Notes: a model not told the origin generated them from the sequence alone. A stretch of 64,000 bases of DNA from an uncultured Eubacteriales bacterium (GCA_964599835.1 CAZRHF010000001.1:14556-78555), one strand, 5' to 3'. Shown: positions 46,772 through 55,144, counted from the stretch's first letter. A program made the numbers and translations.

Positions 46772-46790
46772 AATGAAAATAATTTTCATT
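46772..46790. promoter_or_regulatory. perfect 19-bp palindrome, candidate operator
   Basis: AATGAAAAT-A-ATTTTCATT (9+1+9, all nine pairs complementary) starts 2 nt after the -10 box. A related imperfect copy, TGAAAATAAATTTTAA, lies at 46722-46737. Confidence 0.45.
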
Positions 46791-46802
46791 TGGAGGTATC
46801 AA

Positions 46803-47642
46803 ATGGAAACCGTTACCCAAAAAATCAGAACTTTATATAAAGAAATGGGCCCCGCAGAAAAAAAGATAGCCGACTTTGTCGTCGGAAACCTTAACGATAT
46901 AATGGCGACCTCAATAAGCGAATTATCCGAGCTTTGCGGCTGCGGTGATGCAACGGTGGTCCGTTTTTCGAGACGCCTGGGCTTCGAGGGATACCAGGCA
47001 TTAAAGATCGCTATTGCAGGAGACCTCGGTTCCGCATCGGCCATCAGCTCCGAAATTGAGAAAAGCGATTCCTGCTTTGAGATCTTTTCTAAAAGAATGA
47101 ACGACATAGCCTTAACACTGAGCAATACCCAATCGGTGCTTGATGCACAGGCTCTCGAAAACGCCGCAAAAATTATTATGAAAGCAAAAAGAATTGTTGT
47201 TTTCGGCCTCGGAAATTCGGCCGCGATAGCCTCGGATGCCGCACACAAATTTTTAAGACTGGGACTTAACGCCCAAGCCTGCACGGACAACCATTTGCAG
47301 GCGATCATTGCCTCACATATCGACCGCCAGAGCGTTGCAATAGCAATATCACACTCCGGAGCTTCAAAAGATATCGTAGAAGCGCTCAGGCTTTCAAAAA
47401 TCGGAGGTGCAACTACAATAGCTATTACCAATTTCGGCACCTCCCCCATCGTTGAAGCCGCCGATTTTTGCCTTTTTACCAAGGCCGAGGAAACCCGACA
47501 CTCTATTCTCGCCATGAGTTCCCGAATAGCACAGCTTGCTATTTTCGATGCAATATACACCTACATAGTCGTTAACGCAGACAAGGCCTCAATGCAGGCA
47601 ATCTACAATACAGAATTGGCACTTCAGAACAAGAAATATTAA
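46803..47642 (+). CDS. MurR/RpiR-family transcriptional regulator (HTH + SIS domain)
   Basis: GPAEKKIADFVVGN..ISELSELCGCGDATVVRFSRRLGFEGYQALK. SIS region VFGLGNSAAIASDA..ISHSGASKD. Start at METVTQ with GGAGG SD. Confidence 0.85.
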   Translation: METVTQKIRTLYKEMGPAEKKIADFVVGNLNDIMATSISELSELCGCGDATVVRFSRRLGFEGYQALKIAIAGDLGSASAISSEIEKSDSCFEIFSKRMNDIALTLSNTQSVLDAQALENAAKIIMKAKRIVVFGLGNSAAIASDAAHKFLRLGLNAQACTDNHLQAIIASHIDRQSVAIAISHSGASKDIVEALRLSKIGGATTIAITNFGTSPIVEAADFCLFTKAEETRHSILAMSSRIAQLAIFDAIYTYIVVNADKASMQAIYNTELALQNKKY

Positions 47643-47645
47643 AAA

Positions 47646-47670
47646 AGACGTAACGCCCTGCGTTACGTCT
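47646..47670. terminator. bidirectional terminator hairpin
   Basis: 10-bp stem AGACGTAACG/CGTTACGTCT with A-run and T-run flanks, between convergent genes. Confidence 0.75.
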
Positions 47671-47672
47671 TT

Positions 47673-48719
47673 CTATTCTTCTATGATCTCTTCAAATCCG
47701 TCGGTATAAAATATTTCATACTTATCGGTGATCCACATCGCATGAACACCGTCAATGCCTTCAACAAGCTTTTTGCCTTCGTCATAAGACATATTAAAAA
47801 GTGCAGTCGAAAGCGCATCGGCAAGACCGCTATCGTCACACACCACCGACACCGAGGTAAAATCAAACTTAGGCATAAGCGTCTCGGGATCGATTATATG
47901 GTGATAATGCTTTCCGTCAACCGTGTAATACCGCTGATACGATCCTGAGGTAACGAAAACCTGATCGGAAAGTCCAACGATCATTACGTAACCGGTCTCG
48001 CTTTCGGGGTCGGGATCAACTACCGAAGCCGTCCACTTTGAGCCGTCGGGTTTTGTTCCCAAGGTTCTTATATTTCCGCCTATATTAAGGGTATATGAGG
48101 TTATTCCCTTTTCCTTCAGATCTGCGGCGACTCTCTCGGTTGCATAGCCCTTCGCTATTGCACCCACGTCCAGCGACATTTCGGCATCACGCAAAAATAC
48201 GGTGCTGTTTTCGCGGTCTATTACGATCTTGGAAATATCGGTATATGCGGAGGCCTCAAGCAGTTTATCCTTAGGAGGAAGACGGGCGTTTTCGGGGTCG
48301 TCAATTCCCCATGTGCGATAGTCGTGCCAAATGGATAGGACACTTCCCATCGCAACGTTGGTTTTACCGTCGGTGATCTCATACAGTCTTATACATTCGT
48401 CAAGCAGATCAATTATTCGTTTATCGACCTTAACGGGCTTGTTTCCTGCGTTCTTGTTTACGGTGCAGAGATTATTGATCCCCGCATAGGTTTTGTAAAT
48501 ATCGTAAAGCTTGTGATATTCCGACAGCTCTTTCTCGATGAATTCGGCATTTACATTGAATTCTTCCTTGCTTGATTCAAAGCCAACTACAGTTGAAACC
48601 GTATCGAAATAATCGAGATAGGTCTCGGTGAATTTTTGCTTCTCCTGCACTGATCTGCAGGAAGAAAACACTACTATTAAACTGCAGATAAGAGCAAGTG
48701 AAACAAATCTTTTTGTCAT
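47673..48719 (-). CDS. apbE: FAD:protein FMN transferase (ApbE family) lipoprotein
   Basis: Lipobox VFSSCRS. YLDYFDT..VAMGSVL..DVGAIAKGYA..NIGGNI..VTSGSYQRY..HHIIDP. Start moved to MTKRFVS with GGAGAA SD, downstream of the neighbouring terminator. Confidence 0.85.
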   Translation of the reverse strand: MTKRFVSLALICSLIVVFSSCRSVQEKQKFTETYLDYFDTVSTVVGFESSKEEFNVNAEFIEKELSEYHKLYDIYKTYAGINNLCTVNKNAGNKPVKVDKRIIDLLDECIRLYEITDGKTNVAMGSVLSIWHDYRTWGIDDPENARLPPKDKLLEASAYTDISKIVIDRENSTVFLRDAEMSLDVGAIAKGYATERVAADLKEKGITSYTLNIGGNIRTLGTKPDGSKWTASVVDPDPESETGYVMIVGLSDQVFVTSGSYQRYYTVDGKHYHHIIDPETLMPKFDFTSVSVVCDDSGLADALSTALFNMSYDEGKKLVEGIDGVHAMWITDKYEIFYTDGFEEIIEE

Positions 48720-48736
48720 AAAACGTTCTCCGTTTT

Positions 48737-48768
48737 GCAAAAAAAGAGGGGACGTAAAATCCCCTCTT
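48737..48768 (-). terminator. rho-independent terminator after the tandem-domain lipoprotein gene
   Basis: Stem AAGAGGGGA/TCCCCTCTT, followed on the minus strand by TTTTTTTGC. Confidence 0.7.
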
Positions 48769-48779
48769 TAAGCGGTTAT

Positions 48780-49787
48780 TTACTGAGCGTTGGACATAGC
48801 CTGAGCCATAACTGCCTGATAAGCACCAATCTGAATGGTAACAGACGCGGAAAGGTCAGCGTCGGTAGGACGTTCGTCCTCGGTCTTGATGGCCTTGATC
48901 TCGTCGGCAGTCTTACCTACAACGTAATCGGTGAGAGCCTTGCCCTGAACGTACCACTCACCTACGCAGTTTTCAGCGTATGCGAGCATACCGTAATCTT
49001 CCTTAAGATTTCTTTTGGTGTCGGAATAAGACTTATCGGCAACCTTTCCTTCATTGTCGATCTGAACTTCGGGCTGAAGCTCGTCGAGAAGAGCGGAAAT
49101 TACCTTACCTTCAGCATCGGTAACAACAGCAGCAACGGTAGCGGTTAACTTGACGGTTGCGTTGGTCTCCTTGTCGGCATTATAGTCGGAAGAGGAAGAA
49201 AGGTCGTTATCTACATCAAGACCAAGCTTAAAGCCTTCAGCGGCGGTAAAGGACTTGGCCTGTGCATCTTCACAAGCAGCAACGATAGCGGCATTGAAAT
49301 CACCTACAGCCACGGTGCATACAGCGCTGAGATCAGCGTCGGCAGGAGCTCCGGTATCGCTGAGAGTGAGTGCTTTTACGTCTTCGACCGTCTTACCGAT
49401 CATTTTATCGGCGTATGCGTCGGCCTGCTCATACCACTCTTTGCCTATTCCGGAGACGCCCTTCATAGAATAGTTGTCCTTAAGCTCCTTCTTAGTGAGA
49501 AGGCTTACGGAATCAAGATCCAAAACCTTACCGTCAGCAACAGAGACCTTGGTCTGTGCAGCGTCGAGGTCAACGGCCACGATCTTTCCGTCTTTATCAA
49601 GAACAACTGCGGCGTAAGTGGCTTCTATATTGGCATAGGCATCTTTATCTTCGGTCTTATCAGCCGAGGCATCCAAAGATACGACAACACCCATACCAAC
49701 CTTATATTCGGCAGTTTTTTCTCCTCCGCAGGCTGCGAGAGAAAGAACCATTGCGAGGGCGAGTATCAATGCAAATATCTTTTTCAT
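48780..49787 (-). CDS. lipoprotein made of two tandem FMN_bind-like domains
   Basis: Lipobox LSLAACGG. The two ~150-aa halves share YK[VL]G[ML], AT.AAVV.D..GK[IV], LK[DE][DN]Y[SG]M, G[KE]EWY.Q, GKT..[DE][IV]KA[LI] and [AT]DADLSA. Confidence 0.7.
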   Translation of the reverse strand: MKKIFALILALAMVLSLAACGGEKTAEYKVGMGVVVSLDASADKTEDKDAYANIEATYAAVVLDKDGKIVAVDLDAAQTKVSVADGKVLDLDSVSLLTKKELKDNYSMKGVSGIGKEWYEQADAYADKMIGKTVEDVKALTLSDTGAPADADLSAVCTVAVGDFNAAIVAACEDAQAKSFTAAEGFKLGLDVDNDLSSSSDYNADKETNATVKLTATVAAVVTDAEGKVISALLDELQPEVQIDNEGKVADKSYSDTKRNLKEDYGMLAYAENCVGEWYVQGKALTDYVVGKTADEIKAIKTEDERPTDADLSASVTIQIGAYQAVMAQAMSNAQ

Positions 49788-49897
49788 AATTTTTACCCCT
49801 TTGTATTAAACTTTGAAGACTTCAGTCCTCTTTGACTATATTCTACACTATCCTGCTATATAGGTCAAGGAATTTTTAGCTGTTTGTAAAAAAAGCA

Positions 49898-51316
49898 TCA
49901 ATCTGCTGTCATTACCTTTATCATATTAGTATTTCCTGACATATTGATAGGCGCACCGCCGACTATAACAACGGTGTCTCCCTTCTTTACGACATCGATC
50001 TGCTTGGCGCAGTCGAGAGCGTGAAGGAAAAGCTTTTCCGTGTTTTCCTGACAAAGGGCTAAAACAGGATGAACGCCCCAGGAAAGAGACAGCTGATGAT
50101 AGGTTTTGATCTCAGGAGTAGAGGCCACGATAGGCTCGGTAGGACGGAATTTAGAAAGCCTTCTGGCAGCGTGTCCGGATTTGGTAAGTGCGATTATTGC
50201 CTGTGCGCCCAGATCTCTTGCAGTAGTGCAGGCGGCGTCACAAATAGCATTTGCAGTATCCATTTCCTTTACAAATCTTCTATCGGTAAACATATTCATA
50301 CTGATAGCATCACTTTCGGCCTGGCGGACTATCTTTGACATTACCTCAACGACCCTGGCAGGATGGTCGCCCATAGCCGTCTCACCCGAAAGCATAACCG
50401 CACTCGTACCGTCGAAAACCGCGTTTGCAACGTCGGTTATCTCGGCTCTTGTCGGGTTATAGGAATGAATCATAGACTCCAGCATCTGGGTAGCGGTAAT
50501 AACGATCTTACCCGAACCGTAGCAGGTTTTAATGAAACGCTTCTGCAGTCCGGGAAGCTTTTCATATTCGACCTCAACGCCCATATCGCCTCTGGCAACC
50601 ATAATTCCGTCGGACTCTTCAAGAATCTCTGCGAAATTGGTTACACCTTCACTGTTTTCTATCTTGGAAATGATTTTAATATTATGACCGCCGTGATAGT
50701 TTAAAAACTTTCTCAGGTCGATCACGTCCTGTCTGTTTCTTACAAATGAAGCGGCAATATAATCTACGTCGTTTTCTACAGCAAAAAGCACGTCGGCCTT
50801 ATCAACTTCGGACAGATAGGGCACGTCGAGATGAACTCCCGGAACATTTATACTCTTGCGGTCTTTGAGAATGCCGCCTACCAAAACCTTACAAACGATC
50901 TCAGTGCCGACAATATCCGAAACCTCAAGCACGAGGCTTCCATCGTCTATCTTTATTATATTGCCGGACGAAACCTTTTTATTCAGAGAAGGATAGGTAG
51001 TGCTTACAAATTCAGAGTTGCCGAGCTTGTCCTCGGCTATAAACTTAAAGGTCTGTCCTTCCCTAAGCTCAGCTTTTCCGCCGTCGAGAAGCTTAGTTCG
51101 GATCTCAGGTCCTTTCGTATCCAACAATACAGCCGCAGGCAGAGCTAACCTATCGCGGACGCTACGGAATAATTCAATGGTTTTTTTGTGATTTTCGTGG
51201 GTGCCATGGGAAAAATTCAGACGGGCAACGTTCATACCGCTCCTGAAAAGCTGTTCGATCATTTCCTCGTTTTCACTGGCAGGTCCAAGTGTACATATGA
51301 TTTTGGTTTTTCTCAT
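49898..51316 (-). CDS. pyk: pyruvate kinase
   Basis: MRKTKIICTLGPAS..MNVARLNFSHG..LLDTKGPEIR..IMVARGDMGVE..ATQMLESM. Start moved to the ATG at 51316. Confidence 0.95.
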   Translation of the reverse strand: MRKTKIICTLGPASENEEMIEQLFRSGMNVARLNFSHGTHENHKKTIELFRSVRDRLALPAAVLLDTKGPEIRTKLLDGGKAELREGQTFKFIAEDKLGNSEFVSTTYPSLNKKVSSGNIIKIDDGSLVLEVSDIVGTEIVCKVLVGGILKDRKSINVPGVHLDVPYLSEVDKADVLFAVENDVDYIAASFVRNRQDVIDLRKFLNYHGGHNIKIISKIENSEGVTNFAEILEESDGIMVARGDMGVEVEYEKLPGLQKRFIKTCYGSGKIVITATQMLESMIHSYNPTRAEITDVANAVFDGTSAVMLSGETAMGDHPARVVEVMSKIVRQAESDAISMNMFTDRRFVKEMDTANAICDAACTTARDLGAQAIIALTKSGHAARRLSKFRPTEPIVASTPEIKTYHQLSLSWGVHPVLALCQENTEKLFLHALDCAKQIDVVKKGDTVVIVGGAPINMSGNTNMIKVMTAD

Positions 51317-51477
51317 TTCGACCAATTCTCCCCGATTGTGAAATTGTTTCGTATATGATAATACAATAATGTTGTGAATTGTTCAAGTAAAATTTTTGTT
51401 AAGTAAAAATTTGTTGACTTATCTTTAATATAGTTTTATATTATTTATAAGATTTTAAACATAAAGGAGACATTATT

Positions 51478-52662
51478 TTGGTTAATCAAAAAAATTACGG
51501 TCTCGGTACCGCACGTTCGGCGATACGGGAATTATTTGAATACGGAAAAAAGCAAGCCGCTGCTGTCGGCGCAGATAACGTCTTTGATTTCAGTCTCGGC
51601 AACCCCAGCACTCCTGCGCCTAAAGCAGTAGACGAGGCGATCGCCGATATTGTAAAAAACTGTGATCCTATTGCAGTTCACGGATATACCAGTGCTCCCG
51701 GTAGCTTAGAAACCCGAAGTGCAATTGCAAACTCAATAAACCGCCGTTTCGGCATAAACGCAACTCCTGATGAAATCTATATTACCTGCGGAGCCGCCGC
51801 CGCTCTTTGCTGTACCCTTTCGGCTCTTACCTTCTCATCCGACGCAGAGATCATCGCTGTCGCACCCTTCTTTCCCGAATACAGAGTATTTACCGAGGGA
51901 GCAGGCGCAAAGTTCAAGGTCGTTGAGGCCGATACCGTAGGCTTCCAGATAAATTTTGAAAAGCTTGGAGAGGCTATCACCGAAAATACCGCAGGTATTA
52001 TTATCAACTCTCCCAATAATCCTTCGGGCGTTGTTTATTCGGAAGATACTATTAAAAAGCTTTCCGACCTTCTCGTACGCAAGTCGATGGAGATCGGTCA
52101 TCCCGTATATATTATCTGTGACGAGCCCTACAGGGAGCTTGTGTACGGTGATATAGAGGTTCCTTACGTTCCTAAATACTACGACAATACCGTGGTTTGC
52201 TATTCCTACAGTAAATCTCTTTCACTTCCGGGAGAACGCATCGGATACATTTACGTGCCTTCCTGCTGTGAGGATGCAAAGTCGGTTTATGCCGCCGCCG
52301 CAGGAGCAGGACGTGCTATGGGATACGTTTGCGCCCCCTCGCTTTTACAGCTTGTTATCGCCCGCTGTATCGACGTTCAGCCCGATCTGTCCGACTATGA
52401 GGTAAACCGCAAACTTCTGCTTGATAATCTCACCTCTTACGGATATGAGTGTGCTGCACCCGACGGAGCATTTTATCTGTTTTTAAAGGCCCCGAACGGT
52501 GATGGAAACGCATTTTCGGAGATGGCAAAGAAAAAGAACCTACTTGTCGTTCCGGGTGAGAGCTTCGGCTGTAAAGACTATGTTCGAATTTCATACTGTG
52601 TTGCAACAAAAACGGTTGAAGGGGCACTTCCCTACTTTAAGGAGTTAATCGAAGAATGTTAG
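51478..52662 (+). CDS. PLP-dependent aminotransferase, class I/II (AspC-like)
   Basis: FSLGNPSTPAP..INSPNNPSG..YSYSKSLSLPGERIGY. TTG start with AAGGAGA SD. Confidence 0.9.
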   Translation: MVNQKNYGLGTARSAIRELFEYGKKQAAAVGADNVFDFSLGNPSTPAPKAVDEAIADIVKNCDPIAVHGYTSAPGSLETRSAIANSINRRFGINATPDEIYITCGAAAALCCTLSALTFSSDAEIIAVAPFFPEYRVFTEGAGAKFKVVEADTVGFQINFEKLGEAITENTAGIIINSPNNPSGVVYSEDTIKKLSDLLVRKSMEIGHPVYIICDEPYRELVYGDIEVPYVPKYYDNTVVCYSYSKSLSLPGERIGYIYVPSCCEDAKSVYAAAAGAGRAMGYVCAPSLLQLVIARCIDVQPDLSDYEVNRKLLLDNLTSYGYECAAPDGAFYLFLKAPNGDGNAFSEMAKKKNLLVVPGESFGCKDYVRISYCVATKTVEGALPYFKELIEEC

Positions 52663-53204
52663 TTTTAGCCTCCGCCTCACCGAGACGCAAAGAGCTTATC
52701 TCTCTTATTTCCAAAGAGGTTAAAATTTATCCTGCCGACGTAGACGAAAGCTTTGGAACCGAAATTCCTGCCGAAAGCGTTCCCGAAATGCTGGCGGTTC
52801 GAAAAGCGAAGGCTGTTTCGGAAATTTTTCCCGAAGACACTGTTATTGGCTCTGACACTTCGGTCATAGTCGACGGTGAAATACTCGGAAAGCCTGTTGA
52901 TAGCGACGATGCAAAAAGGATGCTCAATATGCTTTCGGGAAAAACGCACAAGGTAATAACGGGATGTGCGATCTTCAAAAAGGAACGTTCTTTAAGCTTT
53001 TCCGAAACCACCGAGGTGACCTTCTATCCTCTCACAGACAAAGAAATAGACGACTATATTGCAACGAATGAGCCAAATGATAAAGCAGGAGCTTACGGCA
53101 TACAGGGCTACGGTTCTCTGCTTATAAAAGGTATAAACGGTGACTATTTTAACGTTGTAGGACTTCCGGTCTCTAAGCTTAATAAAACTTTAAAAATGAT
53201 ATAA
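52656..53204 (+). CDS. maf: Maf-like nucleoside triphosphate pyrophosphatase
   Basis: LVLASASPRRKELI..VIGSDTSV..ILGKP..KAGAYGIQG. Confidence 0.85.
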   Translation: MLVLASASPRRKELISLISKEVKIYPADVDESFGTEIPAESVPEMLAVRKAKAVSEIFPEDTVIGSDTSVIVDGEILGKPVDSDDAKRMLNMLSGKTHKVITGCAIFKKERSLSFSETTEVTFYPLTDKEIDDYIATNEPNDKAGAYGIQGYGSLLIKGINGDYFNVVGLPVSKLNKTLKMI

Positions 53205-53236
53205 AAAACTGCCGTGCTTTTTTGCACGGCAGTTTT
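53205..53236. terminator. bidirectional terminator hairpin
   Basis: 13-bp stem AAAACTGCCGTGC/GCACGGCAGTTTT with loop TTTTTT. Confidence 0.8.
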
Positions 53237-53251
53237 TGTTGTTATTATTGA

Positions 53252-54880
53252 TTATCCAAGTTTCTGCTTGGCGGTTGTAAACTTGATTACGAAGAGAGTT
53301 GCTAATGTCAGCACGATTCCAACCGTAATGGATATCCAGGGATTCTGAACAAAGCCTGCAACAATAAAGGTGACGAAGGCGATTGCCGCTACGGTTATTG
53401 CGTAAGGCAACTGGGTTGAAACATGGTTAATGTGGTCGCAACGTGCACCTGCTGAGGACATAATGGTAGTATCGGAAATGGGAGAGCAGTGGTCGCCGCA
53501 TACAGCACCTGCAAGACATGCAGACATACCGATAATACCAAGCTCGGTTCCTGCGGGGAAGATGCTTAAAACGATGGGAATAAGGATTCCGAAGGTTCCC
53601 CAGGAAGTACCGGTAGCAAAGGAAATAAGGCAAGCTACAACGAATACGATAGCGGGCAGGAAATTCTGAAGACCAGCAGCACCTGCAAGAGCACTCTGAA
53701 CGAAGGCGTCAGAATCGAGCATAGTGGTCATATTCTTAAGAGAGGTTGCCATAGTGAGGATGAGTATTGCAGGAACCATAGCAATAAAGCCCTTGGGAAT
53801 ACATTCCATAGCCTGTTTGAAGGTTACAAGGCGACGCGCTACAAAATAGATGATTACAAAGACAAGAGCAATAAGTCCGCCCCAGGGAAGTGCAACGGTA
53901 GCGTCGGTGTTAGAGAATGCGTCGATAAAGTTCAAAGAAGAGTCGTAATTTGCAGAGTTGAATACCCACTCTTCGCCCATGCAACGACCTACGTAAGGAA
54001 GTGCGATGAAGCAGATAGCAATAAGAACGACTATAGGAATTATAAGGTCAATAACGCGACCCTTGTCGGTTGCGGGCTTTTCGTCGTCCTGAGCCTCATG
54101 CTCTACGCCGGAGGTGAAAAGGTCGCCTTTGGAAGCGTTGAACTCATGCAGCTTCATCGGACCGTAGTCAAACTTCATAAGGGTGATGGCGATAATGAAC
54201 ACAAAAGTAAGAAGCGAATAGAAGTTATAAGGTATAGCCTGACAGAAGAGAACGATTCCGTTGGTTCCCTCGGGAGCAAACTCGGAAACGGCTGCTGCCC
54301 AGGAAGACATGGGAGCTATCATACAGACGGGTGCGGCGGTTGCGTCGATAAGGTAAGAAAGCTTTGCACGGGACATTCTTACATTATCGGTTACGGGACG
54401 CATAACGGCACCGACGGTCAGACAGTTGAAATAGTCGTCAATGAAGATAAGCACGCCAAAAATAAAGGTAGCGATCGAAGCACCGATCTTTCCTTTAACG
54501 TGCTTTGATGCCCAACGACCGAAAGCGGCAGAACCGCCTGCCTTATTGATAAGGGCAACTATTATTCCGAGAACTACCAAGAATACAAATATGCCGGCAG
54601 TACCGGAAACAGCAGAAATAAGCCCGTCGCTGATAACCGAGTCTACCGCATGTATGGGATTAAACTTGGAATACAACAGACCTCCTGCGACAATTCCGAC
54701 AAAAAGCGAAGAGTAGGCCTCTTTAGTGATGAGTGCAAGCCCGATAGCGATTACGGGCGGGAACAGAGACCATAACGTTCCTACGGGATCATTGATCGGA
54801 CCGGTGAATGCGCAAAGAACGCCGAAACCAACCACAACGGCAATTATGATTATTTTCGGTAAAAGCTTCTTTACTGTCAT
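53252..54880 (-). CDS. NhaC-family membrane transporter (candidate lysine transporter)
   Basis: About 12 TM helices with an NhaC-like pattern. True start is MTVKKLL at 54880 with AGGAGG SD. The ORF-track extension to 55042 runs through the riboswitch. Confidence 0.85.
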   Translation of the reverse strand: MTVKKLLPKIIIIAVVVGFGVLCAFTGPINDPVGTLWSLFPPVIAIGLALITKEAYSSLFVGIVAGGLLYSKFNPIHAVDSVISDGLISAVSGTAGIFVFLVVLGIIVALINKAGGSAAFGRWASKHVKGKIGASIATFIFGVLIFIDDYFNCLTVGAVMRPVTDNVRMSRAKLSYLIDATAAPVCMIAPMSSWAAAVSEFAPEGTNGIVLFCQAIPYNFYSLLTFVFIIAITLMKFDYGPMKLHEFNASKGDLFTSGVEHEAQDDEKPATDKGRVIDLIIPIVVLIAICFIALPYVGRCMGEEWVFNSANYDSSLNFIDAFSNTDATVALPWGGLIALVFVIIYFVARRLVTFKQAMECIPKGFIAMVPAILILTMATSLKNMTTMLDSDAFVQSALAGAAGLQNFLPAIVFVVACLISFATGTSWGTFGILIPIVLSIFPAGTELGIIGMSACLAGAVCGDHCSPISDTTIMSSAGARCDHINHVSTQLPYAITVAAIAFVTFIVAGFVQNPWISITVGIVLTLATLFVIKFTTAKQKLG

Positions 54881-54892
54881 AATTTTACCTCC

Positions 54893-55097
54893 TAAAAAAA
54901 ATAACCACGGACGCATCCGTGGATAATTAAAAGAATCATCGGATAGCGCAACACATAAGTGACAGTTTATTACATATTCTGTAATAACCCAGCGGCAGAC
55001 TATCGGTAATTTATCTACTGCTTCGGCGAAAACTCCTTTCATCTGCAGGGTTACCGCCCTTTACGCAAATTACTGATAATTTTCGCAACCTCTATCT
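54893..55097 (-). promoter_or_regulatory. lysine riboswitch (L-box) with intrinsic terminator expression platform
   Basis: The minus strand reads AGATAGAGGTTGCGAAA..GAAAGGAG..TTCGCCGAAGCAG..GCTGGGTT..AACTGTCAC..GCGCTATC. These match the conserved L-box blocks of B. subtilis lysC (GATAGAGGTGCGAA, GTCGCCGAAGCA, CTGG, CTGTCA). It is followed by hairpin CCACGGATGCGTCCGTGG (54922-54905) + TTATTTTTTTT abutting the SD. Confidence 0.85.
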
Positions 55098-55105
55098 TTT
55101 TTTAA

Positions 55106-55134
55106 ATATTAACATATTATGAACTTTATGTCAA
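55106..55134 (-). promoter_or_regulatory. sigma-A promoter driving the riboswitch-nhaC transcript
   Basis: On the minus strand: TTGACA (55134-55129), 17-nt spacer, TAATAT (55111-55106). Confidence 0.6.
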
Positions 55135-55144
55135 CATAATTTTC

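Noticed and set aside
54881-55042. N-terminal 54-aa extension of the NhaC ORF (MKGVFAEAVDKLPIV...).
   Set aside because: It overlaps the lysine riboswitch aptamer and its terminator hairpin and has no SD. The ATG at 54880 has a perfect AGGAGG SD and starts directly with the first TM helix.
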